Positions 9,290-18,343 of a stretch of 64,000 nt of DNA are shown here, piece after piece. Position 1 is the stretch's first letter. Every line of letters starts with the position of its first letter. The notes beneath the pieces were generated by a model. The model ran no database searches and was not told the origin of the DNA. It saw only the letters and a list, made by a program, of their open reading frames with translations. The DNA is from Myxococcota bacterium (GTDB lineage Bacteria > Myxococcota_A > UBA9160 > JAFDDA01): contig OZ245817.1 in the NCBI GenBank assembly GCA_965228475.1, forward strand, positions 1,568,001 to 1,632,000, in the 5' to 3' direction. The position numbers and the translations under genes were made by a program.

Positions 9290-10648
9290 ATGATGGACGC
9301 CGGCGGCAGGGTCGACGTCGTCGTGATCGGTGCCGGCCTCGCGGGCCTCGCCGCCGCGCACGAACTTCGCCGCGCGGGCCTTTCCGTCCGCGTTCTCGAC
9401 GCGGGGGAGCGCCCCGGCGGCGTCGTGCGAAGCGAGCGGGTCGATGGCTACCTCGTCGAGCACGGCCCGAACACGCTCCGCATCGCGGGCACGGCGCGGC
9501 CCGCCCTCCAGGCGCTCGGCATCGAGCCCCTGCTCGTTCCCGCGGCCCCGGCCAACCGGCTGCGCTTCCTCTACCGGGAGGGAGCGCTGGTTCCCTTCCC
9601 GCTCGGCCCCCTCGACGCACTGCGGACGCCGCTCGTCTCCGCGCGCGGAAAGCTCCGGATCGCCTCGGAGCCGTTCCGGCGCCGCGGGGACGGCGCGCAG
9701 GAGACCGTCGCGGAGTTCATCGGGCGCCGGCTCGGCCGCGAAGCGGTCGAACACCTGGTGGCGCCGTTCCTGACCGGCGTCTACGCCGGCGACGAGACCC
9801 AGCTCGGCGCCGAGGCCGTGTTCCCGAGCCTCGTCGAAGCCGAACGGGATCGCGGTTCGATCGTGGCCGGGATGCTCCGGCCCAAAGGCAAGGCCGCCGA
9901 GGCGCTCCCGGCCCTGCCGGGGATCCATTCCTGCGAAGCGGGCCTCGGGGCGATCCCGGCGCACCTGGCCGCGGGGCTCGGCGAAACGCTGGCCGTTGGC
10001 ACCGAGGTGATGGCCCTCGCCCGCGACGGCGAATGGATCCGCGTCGAGGCCGGGCACGCGGGGACGCTCGAGGCGCGCCAGCTCGTGCTCGCCACACCCG
10101 CTTCCGCCACGGCGCGGCTCGCGGCGCCGGTTTCTTCCGAAGCCGCGGAAACGCTCGAGGGGATCGGCCACGCGCCTCTCGTGGTGATGCACCTCGGGGT
10201 CGAACTCGGGACCACCGCGCATCCGATCGAAGGCTTCGGCTTCCTCGTGCCCCGCGAAGCGCGGCTCGGCCTGCTCGGCTGTCTCTTCCTCTCGAATCTC
10301 TTTCCCGGCCGAGCGCCCGAAGGGAAGGCCCTGCTCACGTGCATGGTCGGCGGCGTCCGCTGGCCCGAGGCCGTCGACGAACCCGAAGACCGCCTGCGCG
10401 AACGCCTCGCGGCGGAGCTCGAACGCACCCTCGGCCTGCGCGGCGCGCCGCACTGGCTGCGCACGCTGCGCTGGAAGCGTGCCGTCCCCCAACCGGGCGT
10501 CGGTCACCGGGCGCGCGTGGCCGACGTGCAGGCGCGGCTGGCACCGGCGGGCATCGAGGTGGCGGGGTCCTGGGTCGCCGGCGTCTCCTTCGCCGATACC
10601 CTGGCCTCGGGCGTCGCCGCCGCCCGCCGGGTGCTCGAAAGGCGCTAA
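9290..10648 (+). CDS. hemY: Protoporphyrinogen/coproporphyrinogen oxidase, HemY family
   Basis: GAGLAGL FAD motif, EHGPNT, GVYAGD, GFGFLVP, FPGRAP; next to hemE. Confidence 0.92.
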   Translation: MMDAGGRVDVVVIGAGLAGLAAAHELRRAGLSVRVLDAGERPGGVVRSERVDGYLVEHGPNTLRIAGTARPALQALGIEPLLVPAAPANRLRFLYREGALVPFPLGPLDALRTPLVSARGKLRIASEPFRRRGDGAQETVAEFIGRRLGREAVEHLVAPFLTGVYAGDETQLGAEAVFPSLVEAERDRGSIVAGMLRPKGKAAEALPALPGIHSCEAGLGAIPAHLAAGLGETLAVGTEVMALARDGEWIRVEAGHAGTLEARQLVLATPASATARLAAPVSSEAAETLEGIGHAPLVVMHLGVELGTTAHPIEGFGFLVPREARLGLLGCLFLSNLFPGRAPEGKALLTCMVGGVRWPEAVDEPEDRLRERLAAELERTLGLRGAPHWLRTLRWKRAVPQPGVGHRARVADVQARLAPAGIEVAGSWVAGVSFADTLASGVAAARRVLERR

Positions 10649-10707
10649 GGCGTCGCCCATCCGGAAGGCGCCGAGGCGTCGCTCATCCGGAAGGCGCTAG
10701 GCGCCGC
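10639..10707. repeat. 26-bp tandem repeat (about 2.6 copies) between convergent genes
   Basis: aaggcgctaaggcgtcgcccatccgg / aaggcgccgaggcgtcgctcatccgg / aaggcgctaggcgccgc. Confidence 0.8.
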
Positions 10708-11245
10708 GTTCGCGGGCCATCTCCGCCGTCCAGCGGAAGAACTGCCCCGCCTCGTACGGAAGCTCCTCGCCGGTCTTCGGGTGCCACATGCGGCGCTTCG
10801 CGGCGACCAGATCGCCGCCGTAGACGTGCAGCCCGAGCGTCGGTTCCGGGCTGCCGTTGGCGATGGCGTGGATCACGCCGTCCCCGAGCCGGACCGCTTC
10901 CCCGGCCCGCACGGCCCGCTCGTTGCGTTCGACCAGGCCCTCCTCCTCGCGCGTGAAGAAGGTGTTCTCCTCGCACCCCTCGTAGATCCCGATCACGGCC
11001 CACATCGTGTGGTCGTGGGGCGGGCTCACGGCGTTCGGCGGGAGCGCGACGTTCAGGATCGTGAGGTCGTCGCTGCGATGGAGGATGGCGTCCGCGATGG
11101 AGGTCAGGCCATCTCCCGACAGCGCCGCCCGCAGGCCTTCCGGGTCCGAGACGGCCTCCGACATGCGCTCCTCGACGAGCCGCGACCCCTCCGGGCCGGG
11201 GCCCGCGTCCACGCACGCGGCGATGAAGGCATCGAGGTCGAACAT
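10697..11245 (-). CDS. Cysteine dioxygenase-like cupin protein
   Basis: PPHDHTMWAVIGIYEGCEEN, VIHAIAN, LHVYGGDL: 3-His cupin pattern. Confidence 0.8.
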   Translation of the reverse strand: MFDLDAFIAACVDAGPGPEGSRLVEERMSEAVSDPEGLRAALSGDGLTSIADAILHRSDDLTILNVALPPNAVSPPHDHTMWAVIGIYEGCEENTFFTREEEGLVERNERAVRAGEAVRLGDGVIHAIANGSPEPTLGLHVYGGDLVAAKRRMWHPKTGEELPYEAGQFFRWTAEMARERGA

Positions 11246-11261
11246 GGGACTCCCCGGCGGT

Positions 11262-12284
11262 CTAGGCCTCGCGCTCCACCATCCCGGCGATGGCTTCGAC
11301 GAAGCGCGGGCTCGCGTTCGGACACGGGGCGAGCGCCAGCACGTCTCCGCCGAGTTCCCGCCACTGCTCCTGCGCGCGCATGCCGATCTCCTCGATCGTC
11401 TCGAGGCAGTCGGCGACGAAGGAGGGGCACACCACGGCGAGCCGCTTCACGCCGCGTCCGGCGAGCTCGGGCAGCGCTTCGTCGGTGAAGGGCTGGATCC
11501 ACGGCGTGCGACCGAGCCGCGACTGGAAGGCGACGGAGTGGATCTCGGGCCCGAGGCCGAGGGCGGCGGTGAGGCTCCGCGTCGTCGCGTAGCACTGGGC
11601 CCGGTAGCAGCGCGCGAGGGCCTTGCCCGGGGCTTCGCAGCAATCCGGCGAAGACAGGCAGTGCCCGCCGGTCGGGTCGGCGGCCCGGATCTGGCGCTCC
11701 GGAAGGCCGTGATAGCTGAAGAGCACGTGGTCGGGCCGGGTCTCGTCGAGCACCGGCCGGGTGGTGTCCGCGAAGGCTTCGATGAAGCCCGCGTCGTCGA
11801 AGAACGCCGGGAGGGTCTCGACGGGCGGCACGTTCGGCAGCGCTTCGATCTCTTCCTCGAGCTTCGCGACGGCCGAGCCCGTCGAGGAGTCGGCCCACTG
11901 CGGAAAGAGCGGGAGGGCGACGATGCCGTCCACGTCCGCGGCGACCAGGCGCTCGAGGGCGTTGCGGATCGACGGCGCGCCGTAGCGCATGCCGAGGGTG
12001 ACCACGTAGTTCTCGCCGAGCGCCGCGGCGACGCCGTCGCGCAGGGCCTGGCCGTGGAAGAGCAGCGGGGACCCCTCTGCGCTCCAGATCTTCCGGTAGG
12101 CCGCCGCCGACTTCGGGGAGCGGAACGGGGCGATCACGAGGTTCACGAGCGCCCAGCGCACGAGCGGGGAGGTATCGATGACGCGCGGGTCGGAGAGGAA
12201 CTCGCGCAGGTAGCGCCGGACGTCCCGCGTGGCGGGCGAAGCCGGCGTACCCAGGTTGATCAGCAGGACACCGGTCCGTTCCAT
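11262..12284 (-). CDS. hemH: Ferrochelatase with internal Cys-rich insertion
   Basis: GVLLINLGTP, EFLSDPRV, GMRYG, FSYHGLP, FQSRLG, FVADCLETIEEI. Confidence 0.96.
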   Translation of the reverse strand: MERTGVLLINLGTPASPATRDVRRYLREFLSDPRVIDTSPLVRWALVNLVIAPFRSPKSAAAYRKIWSAEGSPLLFHGQALRDGVAAALGENYVVTLGMRYGAPSIRNALERLVAADVDGIVALPLFPQWADSSTGSAVAKLEEEIEALPNVPPVETLPAFFDDAGFIEAFADTTRPVLDETRPDHVLFSYHGLPERQIRAADPTGGHCLSSPDCCEAPGKALARCYRAQCYATTRSLTAALGLGPEIHSVAFQSRLGRTPWIQPFTDEALPELAGRGVKRLAVVCPSFVADCLETIEEIGMRAQEQWRELGGDVLALAPCPNASPRFVEAIAGMVEREA

Positions 12285-12299
12285 CGAGAAGTTCCGCCT

Positions 12300-13034
12300 C
12301 TAGCTGCGGCGCGGCCTGCGCCATCCGCCGAGCCAGGCGGAGATGGCAAGGTAGTAGATCGGATAGGCGAGGGTGGCCTTCGCCAGGTGGAAAGGTGCCG
12401 TGGCGTCCGGAAAGGCCACGGCGATGGCGAACAGGATCACCCACAGGAACCCGAGGACGTTGGTCGTCTTCTTCAGGCGCGGCGCCTTGCTCGGGTAGAC
12501 GTACTTGAGCGGGACGAACACCGCGACCGAGAGCAGGGTGAGCACGAAGGCGCCCGTCCCGGGCGAGACGTCCAGCACCCAGAGGTAGAGGACGACGATG
12601 TTCCAATAGGAGGGGAAGCCGAGGAAGAAATCGTCGTCGGTCTTGGCCTCGGTCTGGGAGAAGCCGTAGGCGCTCGCGAGGATCGGCGGCACGATCCAGA
12701 GCCAGGAGGGAACGAGCCCGGCGGCCACCACGAACACGACCGGCACGAGCACGTAGTTGAAGAAGTCGACCATGTCGTCGAGCCGGCGGCCGTCGAAGCC
12801 CGGGATGACCTCGCTGACCCGGGCGCGCCGGGCGAGCGTGCCGTCCACGGCATCGATCGAGAAGGCGACGAGCATCAGCAGGGCGGCGCGGTACCAGGCG
12901 CCCGCGTAGATGGCGAGCAGGGCCATCGTCCCCACCACGGCCCCGGTCGCCGTGAAGAGGTGGACGCTCCAGGCGGCGGCGAGCTGCTGGGGGGCCGGCT
13001 TCGTGGCGGCGGGTTCGCTTTCGGGGCCGGACAT
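12300..13034 (-). CDS. pcs: Phosphatidylcholine synthase (CDP-alcohol phosphatidyltransferase)
   Basis: VHLFTATG, DAVDGTLAR, DGRRLDDMVDFFNYV, FLGFPSYWN, FVPLKYVYP; start uncertain. Confidence 0.82.
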   Translation of the reverse strand: MSGPESEPAATKPAPQQLAAAWSVHLFTATGAVVGTMALLAIYAGAWYRAALLMLVAFSIDAVDGTLARRARVSEVIPGFDGRRLDDMVDFFNYVLVPVVFVVAAGLVPSWLWIVPPILASAYGFSQTEAKTDDDFFLGFPSYWNIVVLYLWVLDVSPGTGAFVLTLLSVAVFVPLKYVYPSKAPRLKKTTNVLGFLWVILFAIAVAFPDATAPFHLAKATLAYPIYYLAISAWLGGWRRPRRS

Positions 13035-13094
13035 CGCGGGATCATCGTACCCCACTCGCTATCCTCCCGGTCCGATGACGAGGCCCGCTGCGCA

Positions 13095-13658
13095 ATGAAC
13101 ACCCCGGACGAAGGCTCGCGGCGCCACCAGGCCCAGGAGTTCCTGCGGCAGGGTGGCGATTCGTTCCAGACGACCCGGCTCGACGCCGTGCTCAACTGGG
13201 CCCGCAAGTACAGCATGTTCATGTACCCCTTCGTGACCGCCTGCTGTGGCATGGAGTTCATGAGCGTGGCCGGCCCGCGCTACGACCTCGACCGCTTCGG
13301 CTGCGCGCTGCCGCGCTTCTCGCCCCGCCAGGCGGACCTCCTCTGGGTCGTCGGCACCATCAGCCATCGCCAGGCGCCGATCCTGAAGAAGGTCTACGAC
13401 CAGATGGCCGAGCCGAAGTGGGTGATCGCCTTTGGCGCCTGCACGACGTCCGGCGGCCCCTACGACAACTACGCGACGGTGCAGGGCATCGACACGATCA
13501 TCCCGGTGGATCTCTACATCCCCGGCTGTCCGCCGCGGCCCGAGGCCGTGCTCGACGGGCTGATGAAGCTCCAGGAGCGGGTCCAGCTCGAGCGCGTCGG
13601 GCGCGAGGGCCGGCACCGCGAGGTCGATGCGCCCGACGAGGCCGGGTCCCTCGGCTGA
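13095..13658 (+). CDS. nuoB: NADH-quinone oxidoreductase subunit B
   Basis: WARKYS, TACCGMEF, SPRQAD, YDQMAEPKWVIAFGAC, YIPGCPPRPE. It is the C-terminal part of ORF 11007..13658; real start ATG 13095. Confidence 0.95.
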   Translation: MNTPDEGSRRHQAQEFLRQGGDSFQTTRLDAVLNWARKYSMFMYPFVTACCGMEFMSVAGPRYDLDRFGCALPRFSPRQADLLWVVGTISHRQAPILKKVYDQMAEPKWVIAFGACTTSGGPYDNYATVQGIDTIIPVDLYIPGCPPRPEAVLDGLMKLQERVQLERVGREGRHREVDAPDEAGSLG

Positions 13659-13838
13659 AGACCCCGGCCTGCGGTGAGCGAGGCATTTTTGCCCCGTCCT
13701 CGCCGGGGGCAGCGCCGAAGGCTGGCGGCTACCCTCGCGGCATCGTCGAGCCGCAGGTCGCGGCATCGTCAAGAACCGCAGCTCGGGCGCCGAGAAAGCC
13801 CTGATGCCTGCGCTCGAAGACGGCAGCCTGGGGGGCAC

Positions 13839-15242
13839 GTGAGTTCCGGAGATCAGTTCGACGTCGTCGTCATCGGCTCCGGGCCGGGGGGCTACGTCTG
13901 CGCCATCCGCGGTGCCCAGCTCGGCATGAAGGTCGCGGTCGTCGAGGCCGATCGGCCCGGCGGGGTCTGCCTGAACTGGGGCTGCATCCCGAGCAAGGCC
14001 CTGCTGACGGGCGCCGAACTCGTCGAGAACCTGCGCAAGCACGGCGAGATGTTCGGCGTGAAGGCAGGCCAGCTCGAACTCGACTACGGCAAGGTCGTCG
14101 AGCACAGCCGGAAGTGCGCGGAGCGCCTCGGCAAGGGCGTCCTCGGCCTGCTCAAGAAGAACCAGATCGAGTTCGTGAAGGGTCGCGGCCGCCTGGCGGG
14201 GCCGAACACGGTCGAGGTCGACGGCGAAACACAGCGCACGCTCTCCGCGGGGCACGTCGTCCTCGCGACGGGCTCCGAGGAGCTCGTCTTCCCGGGCATC
14301 GAGGTCGACGGCGAGTCCGTCCTGACCTCGCGCGAAGCGCTCGAGAGCAAGCGGGTTCCCGAGCGCCTCGTGATCATCGGCGCCGGCGCCGTGGGCGCGG
14401 AGTTCGCCTACGTGTACGCGAACTACGGCTCCGAGGTGACGATCCTCGAGATGGCCGACCAGATGCTCCCGGGGGCGGACCCGGAGATCGCCCAGGCGCT
14501 CCAGCGCGAGTTCCGCCGCAAGAAGATCGACGTCCAGCTCGGCACGCGCTTCGAGCGCGTGAAGAAGGTGAACGGCGGCGTGAAGATCGACGTCACGCGC
14601 GGCGAGGAGTCCGGCGAGATCGAAGCCGATCAGCTGCTCGTGGCGGTGGGGCGCAAGCCGCTCTCGGGCGACCTCGGCCTCGAAGGGGTCGGGATCGAGC
14701 TCGACGAACGCGGCTTCATTCCGACGGGCGCGGAGCTCCGCACTTCGGTGGAGACCGTGCTCGCCATCGGGGACGTCAACGGCGGCGCGCTGCTGGCCCA
14801 CAAGGCCTCGGAGGAGGGCGTCGCGGCGATGGAGTTCCTGGCGGGTGTGGAGCGTCCGCCGCTCGACCATGCCGCGATCCCCGGCTGCATCTACTGCCAG
14901 CCCCAGGTCGCCTGGGTCGGGAAGACCGAGGCCCAGGCCCGCGAGGCCTACGGCGACGACGTCCGCGTGGGCAAGTTCCCGTTCACCGCTTCCGGGAAGG
15001 CCATCGCCTCGGGGCACACGGCGGGGTTCGCGAAGATCATCGCCGAACCGCGCTACAACGAGATCGTCGGGGCCCACATCGTGGGTCACGGCGCGACGGA
15101 TCTCATCGCCGAGATCGGTCTCGCGATGACGCTCGAATCGACCACGTCGGAGATCGCGGCGACGGTCCATGCTCACCCGACGCTGTCCGAGGCCATCCTC
15201 GAGGCGGCGCTCGCGGCCGAAGGCCGCGCGATCAACTTCTAG
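13839..15242 (+). CDS. lpdA: Dihydrolipoyl dehydrogenase (E3)
   Basis: GSGPGGY, GGVCLNWGCIPSK, GAGAVG, HAHPTLSE; GTG start at 13839. Confidence 0.95.
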   Translation: MSSGDQFDVVVIGSGPGGYVCAIRGAQLGMKVAVVEADRPGGVCLNWGCIPSKALLTGAELVENLRKHGEMFGVKAGQLELDYGKVVEHSRKCAERLGKGVLGLLKKNQIEFVKGRGRLAGPNTVEVDGETQRTLSAGHVVLATGSEELVFPGIEVDGESVLTSREALESKRVPERLVIIGAGAVGAEFAYVYANYGSEVTILEMADQMLPGADPEIAQALQREFRRKKIDVQLGTRFERVKKVNGGVKIDVTRGEESGEIEADQLLVAVGRKPLSGDLGLEGVGIELDERGFIPTGAELRTSVETVLAIGDVNGGALLAHKASEEGVAAMEFLAGVERPPLDHAAIPGCIYCQPQVAWVGKTEAQAREAYGDDVRVGKFPFTASGKAIASGHTAGFAKIIAEPRYNEIVGAHIVGHGATDLIAEIGLAMTLESTTSEIAATVHAHPTLSEAILEAALAAEGRAINF

Positions 15243-15260
15243 CGAGGAGTCCACGGATCC

Positions 15261-16517
15261 ATGTCCACTGACGTCGAGCTGCCGGAGCTGGGGGAAAGCG
15301 TCGTCGAGGCCACCATCGGCCAATGGCTGGTGAAGGAGGGCGACTCGGTCGAGATCGACCAGCCGCTGGTCGAGGTGACGACGGACAAGGCCGACGCCGA
15401 GCTGCCGTCGCCGGTGGCGGGCGTGGTCGAGCAGATCCTCGTCTCCGAAGGGGAGACGGTCGCCGTCGGCACCGTGGTCGCGAAGATCGGCGCGGGTGCC
15501 GGCGCTGGCGCCGCGAAGTCCGCGCCGAAGGCCCCGCCCGCGGCAGAGGCCAAGGCTGCGCCCGAGGCGAAGGCGCCCCCGGCCGACGATGGGCCGCGCG
15601 CCACGCCGGTCGCGAAGAAGATGGCGAAGGAGCAGGGCGTCGATCTCGGAAGCGTGGAGGGGACGGGCGTCTCCGGCCGCGTGACCAAGGACGACGTCGC
15701 CAAGCGGGGCGCCGCGCCCGCGCCGCAGCCCACGCCGGCTGCGCCCGCGGCCAAGCGGCCCGCAGCGCCGGCCGCCCCGACGGAGCTCCCGGCCTACATG
15801 ACCTACCGCCTCCAGGAGGGGGACAAGGTCGTTCCGATGTCGCCGCTCCGGCGGATCGTCTCCGAGCACATGGTGCTCTCGAAGCGCACGAGCCCGCACG
15901 TCGGCACGGTCGCCGAGATCGACATGGGCGCGGTCTTCGCCCTGCGCGAAGCCCACAAGAAGGGCTTCAAGGCGAAGAACGGCTACTCGCTTACGTACCT
16001 GCCGTTCATCGTGGCGGCGACGGTGAAGGCGCTCCAGGAGTTCCCGGCGCTGAACGCCTCGGTGGTGGAGGACGCCATCGTCGAGCGGGCCGACATCAAC
16101 ATCGGCGTCGCCGTCGAGACCGAGAAGGGGCTCGTCGTGCCGGTGGTGCGGAACGCCGAGCGGCTCTCGCTCACGGGCCTCGCGGCTTCGATCGAAGACC
16201 TCTCGAGCCGTGCCCGGAACAAGAAGATCTCGCCCGACGAGCTGCGCGGTGGGAGCTTCACGATCTCGAACCCGGGCCGGAAGGGGAATCTCTACGGCTT
16301 CGCGATCATCAACCAGCCCCAGGTCGGCATCCTGCGCATGGGGGAGATGGTGAAGCGGCCCGTCGTGCGGGAATCCGAGGGCAGCGATGCCATCGTGATT
16401 CGCCCGATGATGCACCTGGCCCTGTCCTACGACCACCGGGCCGTGGACGGTTCGCCGGCGAACGGGTTCCTCTTCCGCATCCGCGAGCTGCTCGAGGAAG
16501 CCGACTTCGACCTCTAG
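15261..16517 (+). CDS. 2-oxoacid dehydrogenase E2 (dihydrolipoamide acyltransferase, SucB/PdhC-like)
   Basis: Single lipoyl domain (EVTTDKAD), E3-binding domain (GTGVSGRVTKDDV), catalytic LSYDHRAVDG; SD aggag. Confidence 0.93.
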   Translation: MSTDVELPELGESVVEATIGQWLVKEGDSVEIDQPLVEVTTDKADAELPSPVAGVVEQILVSEGETVAVGTVVAKIGAGAGAGAAKSAPKAPPAAEAKAAPEAKAPPADDGPRATPVAKKMAKEQGVDLGSVEGTGVSGRVTKDDVAKRGAAPAPQPTPAAPAAKRPAAPAAPTELPAYMTYRLQEGDKVVPMSPLRRIVSEHMVLSKRTSPHVGTVAEIDMGAVFALREAHKKGFKAKNGYSLTYLPFIVAATVKALQEFPALNASVVEDAIVERADINIGVAVETEKGLVVPVVRNAERLSLTGLAASIEDLSSRARNKKISPDELRGGSFTISNPGRKGNLYGFAIINQPQVGILRMGEMVKRPVVRESEGSDAIVIRPMMHLALSYDHRAVDGSPANGFLFRIRELLEEADFDL

Positions 16518-16530
16518 GGAGCGCGCCCGC

Positions 16531-17259
16531 ATGGAAACGGCGCCTCGCACGCCGGCCTCCGAGGCCTCATCCGCCGGTACGCCGGCGCTGGCCGTCGAGT
16601 GGCTGGGGACCGTGCCCTACGAACGCGCCCTCACGCTGCAGAAGGAGCGGGTGGCGGCGCGCCGTGCCGGCGCCTGCGGCGATGCGCTGCTGCTGCTCGA
16701 ACACCCGCCCGTCGTCACCCTCGGCCGGAGCACGAAGCCCGGGAGCCTGGTCGATTCACCGGACGGGCTGCGCGCCCGGGGGATCGAGGTCCACGAGGTC
16801 GCGCGCGGGGGTGACGTCACCTGGCACGGGCCGGGGCAGCTCGTCGGCTACCTGGTGCTCGACCTCGACGCCCGGGGCGAGCGCGACGTCCACCGCCATC
16901 TGCGGCGCATCGAGGCGCTCCTGATCGACGCGCTGGCGGCGCTCGGTGTCCCGGGCGATCGGCGCGAGGGGATGACCGGGGTGTTCGTCGCGGGCTCCGG
17001 GCGGCCGCGCAAGATCGCCTCGATCGGTGTCGGGCTGCGGGGCTGGGTCACCTATCACGGCTTCGCGTTGAACGTCGAACTCGGGCCGGACGCCTTCGCC
17101 GGCATCGTTCCCTGTGGGTTGCACGGCGTCGAGATGACGTCGGTCGCCGCCGAACGGGGAGGGGCGCCCGGCTCGGGCGGGGGTCTCGCGGAGCGGGTGC
17201 GGGCCGAAGTCGGCCGGGCGGCGAGGCGTCTGCTCGAAGTGGGGGCGTCCATCGGCTAG
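16531..17259 (+). CDS. lipB: Lipoyl(octanoyl) transferase
   Basis: LEHPPVVTLGR, RGGDVTWHGPGQLVGY, KIASIG, HGFALN, PCG. Confidence 0.95.
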   Translation: METAPRTPASEASSAGTPALAVEWLGTVPYERALTLQKERVAARRAGACGDALLLLEHPPVVTLGRSTKPGSLVDSPDGLRARGIEVHEVARGGDVTWHGPGQLVGYLVLDLDARGERDVHRHLRRIEALLIDALAALGVPGDRREGMTGVFVAGSGRPRKIASIGVGLRGWVTYHGFALNVELGPDAFAGIVPCGLHGVEMTSVAAERGGAPGSGGGLAERVRAEVGRAARRLLEVGASIG

Positions 17260-17270
17260 CTTGCGCTCCG

Positions 17271-17843
17271 ATGCCCGGCCGCGTCATCAAAGTCGATCGC
17301 CACGAGAAGCTCGGCTGGCTCGAGCGCCTCTACCTGCCCATGATCGTGGCCGGTCTCGCAACGACGGCCCGCCACTTCTTCGCGAACCTTCGCGGCTTCG
17401 CCACCGGGAACCGGACGACCTTCGTCGTTCAGTACCCCGAGGAGCAGGTCGACTTCCCGGATGCCTTCCGCGGGCAGCCGGTCCTGGTCGAACTGCCGAA
17501 TGGCCAGCCGCGCTGCGTCGCCTGCGGCCTGTGCGAGTTCGCCTGCCCGACGGATTGCATCACGATCGTGCCGGGGGAGCTCGAGGGGCACGGGATCGAG
17601 CGCTACCCGGTCCGCTTCGACATCGACATGTCCCGGTGCATGTTCTGCGGGCTCTGCGAGGAGGCCTGCCCCGAGGAGGCGATCGTGATGAGCCGGCGCG
17701 TCGAGCTCGCGACCTTCGACCGCCCGGGCATGATCCACGACAAGAAGGCGCTGCTCGTTCCGGAGGCGGAGCTCGACCGTCGCCTCACCTTCCTCCGGGA
17801 CGAGTACGACCGCGAGCACCAGCCGGCCGAGGGCGACCGCTGA
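17271..17843 (+). CDS. nuoI: NADH-quinone oxidoreductase subunit I
   Basis: VQYPEE, FRG, CVACGLCEFACP and CMFCGLCEEACP (two [4Fe-4S] motifs). Confidence 0.93.
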   Translation: MPGRVIKVDRHEKLGWLERLYLPMIVAGLATTARHFFANLRGFATGNRTTFVVQYPEEQVDFPDAFRGQPVLVELPNGQPRCVACGLCEFACPTDCITIVPGELEGHGIERYPVRFDIDMSRCMFCGLCEEACPEEAIVMSRRVELATFDRPGMIHDKKALLVPEAELDRRLTFLRDEYDREHQPAEGDR

Positions 17844-18343
17844 TGGAGGACTTCGGCTTCCTCTCCTTGAGGCGCCTCGTCGAGGCCCACCGCGAGGCGC
17901 TCGAAGCGACCCACGCCCAGCTCGGCGACGCGACCGCGATTGTCGCGGCGGGTCAGGTGGTCGAGGTCCTGCGCTTCCTGCGCGACGACGGCGAGTGCGA
18001 CTTCGACATGCTGATGGATCTCTGCGCCGTCGATCACTTCGGCCCGGAGCTCGGCGAAGCGCCTCGTTTCGAGGTCGTCTACCACCTGTATTCGCTCGGC
18101 AAGAACCATCGCCTGCGCGTGAAGGCGCGGGTTCCCGAGAGCCCGTGCGAGATCGCGACCGTGTCGGACCTCTGGCCCTCGGCGAACTGGATGGAGCGCG
18201 AGGTCTGGGACCTCTACGGAATCCGCTTCACCGGCCATCCGGATCTGCGCCGCCTGCTCCTCTACGAAGAGTTCGACGGCCACCCGCTCCGCAAGGACTA
18301 CCCGAAGACGAAGCGCCAGCCGCTCGTCGGGCCGCAGAACTGA
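17843..18343 (+). CDS. nuoC: NADH-quinone oxidoreductase subunit C
   Basis: RFEVVYHLYS, ANWMEREVWDLYGI, GHPLRKDYP; TGATG overlap with nuoI. Confidence 0.95.
   Translation: MEDFGFLSLRRLVEAHREALEATHAQLGDATAIVAAGQVVEVLRFLRDDGECDFDMLMDLCAVDHFGPELGEAPRFEVVYHLYSLGKNHRLRVKARVPESPCEIATVSDLWPSANWMEREVWDLYGIRFTGHPDLRRLLLYEEFDGHPLRKDYPKTKRQPLVGPQN

Noticed and set aside
11007..13094. Apparent long N-terminal extension of NuoB (883-aa ORF), and similar extensions on trkH and the VOC gene
   Set aside because: The extensions overlap real genes (hemH, pcs, GH15, MFS); homology begins at the internal start codons.
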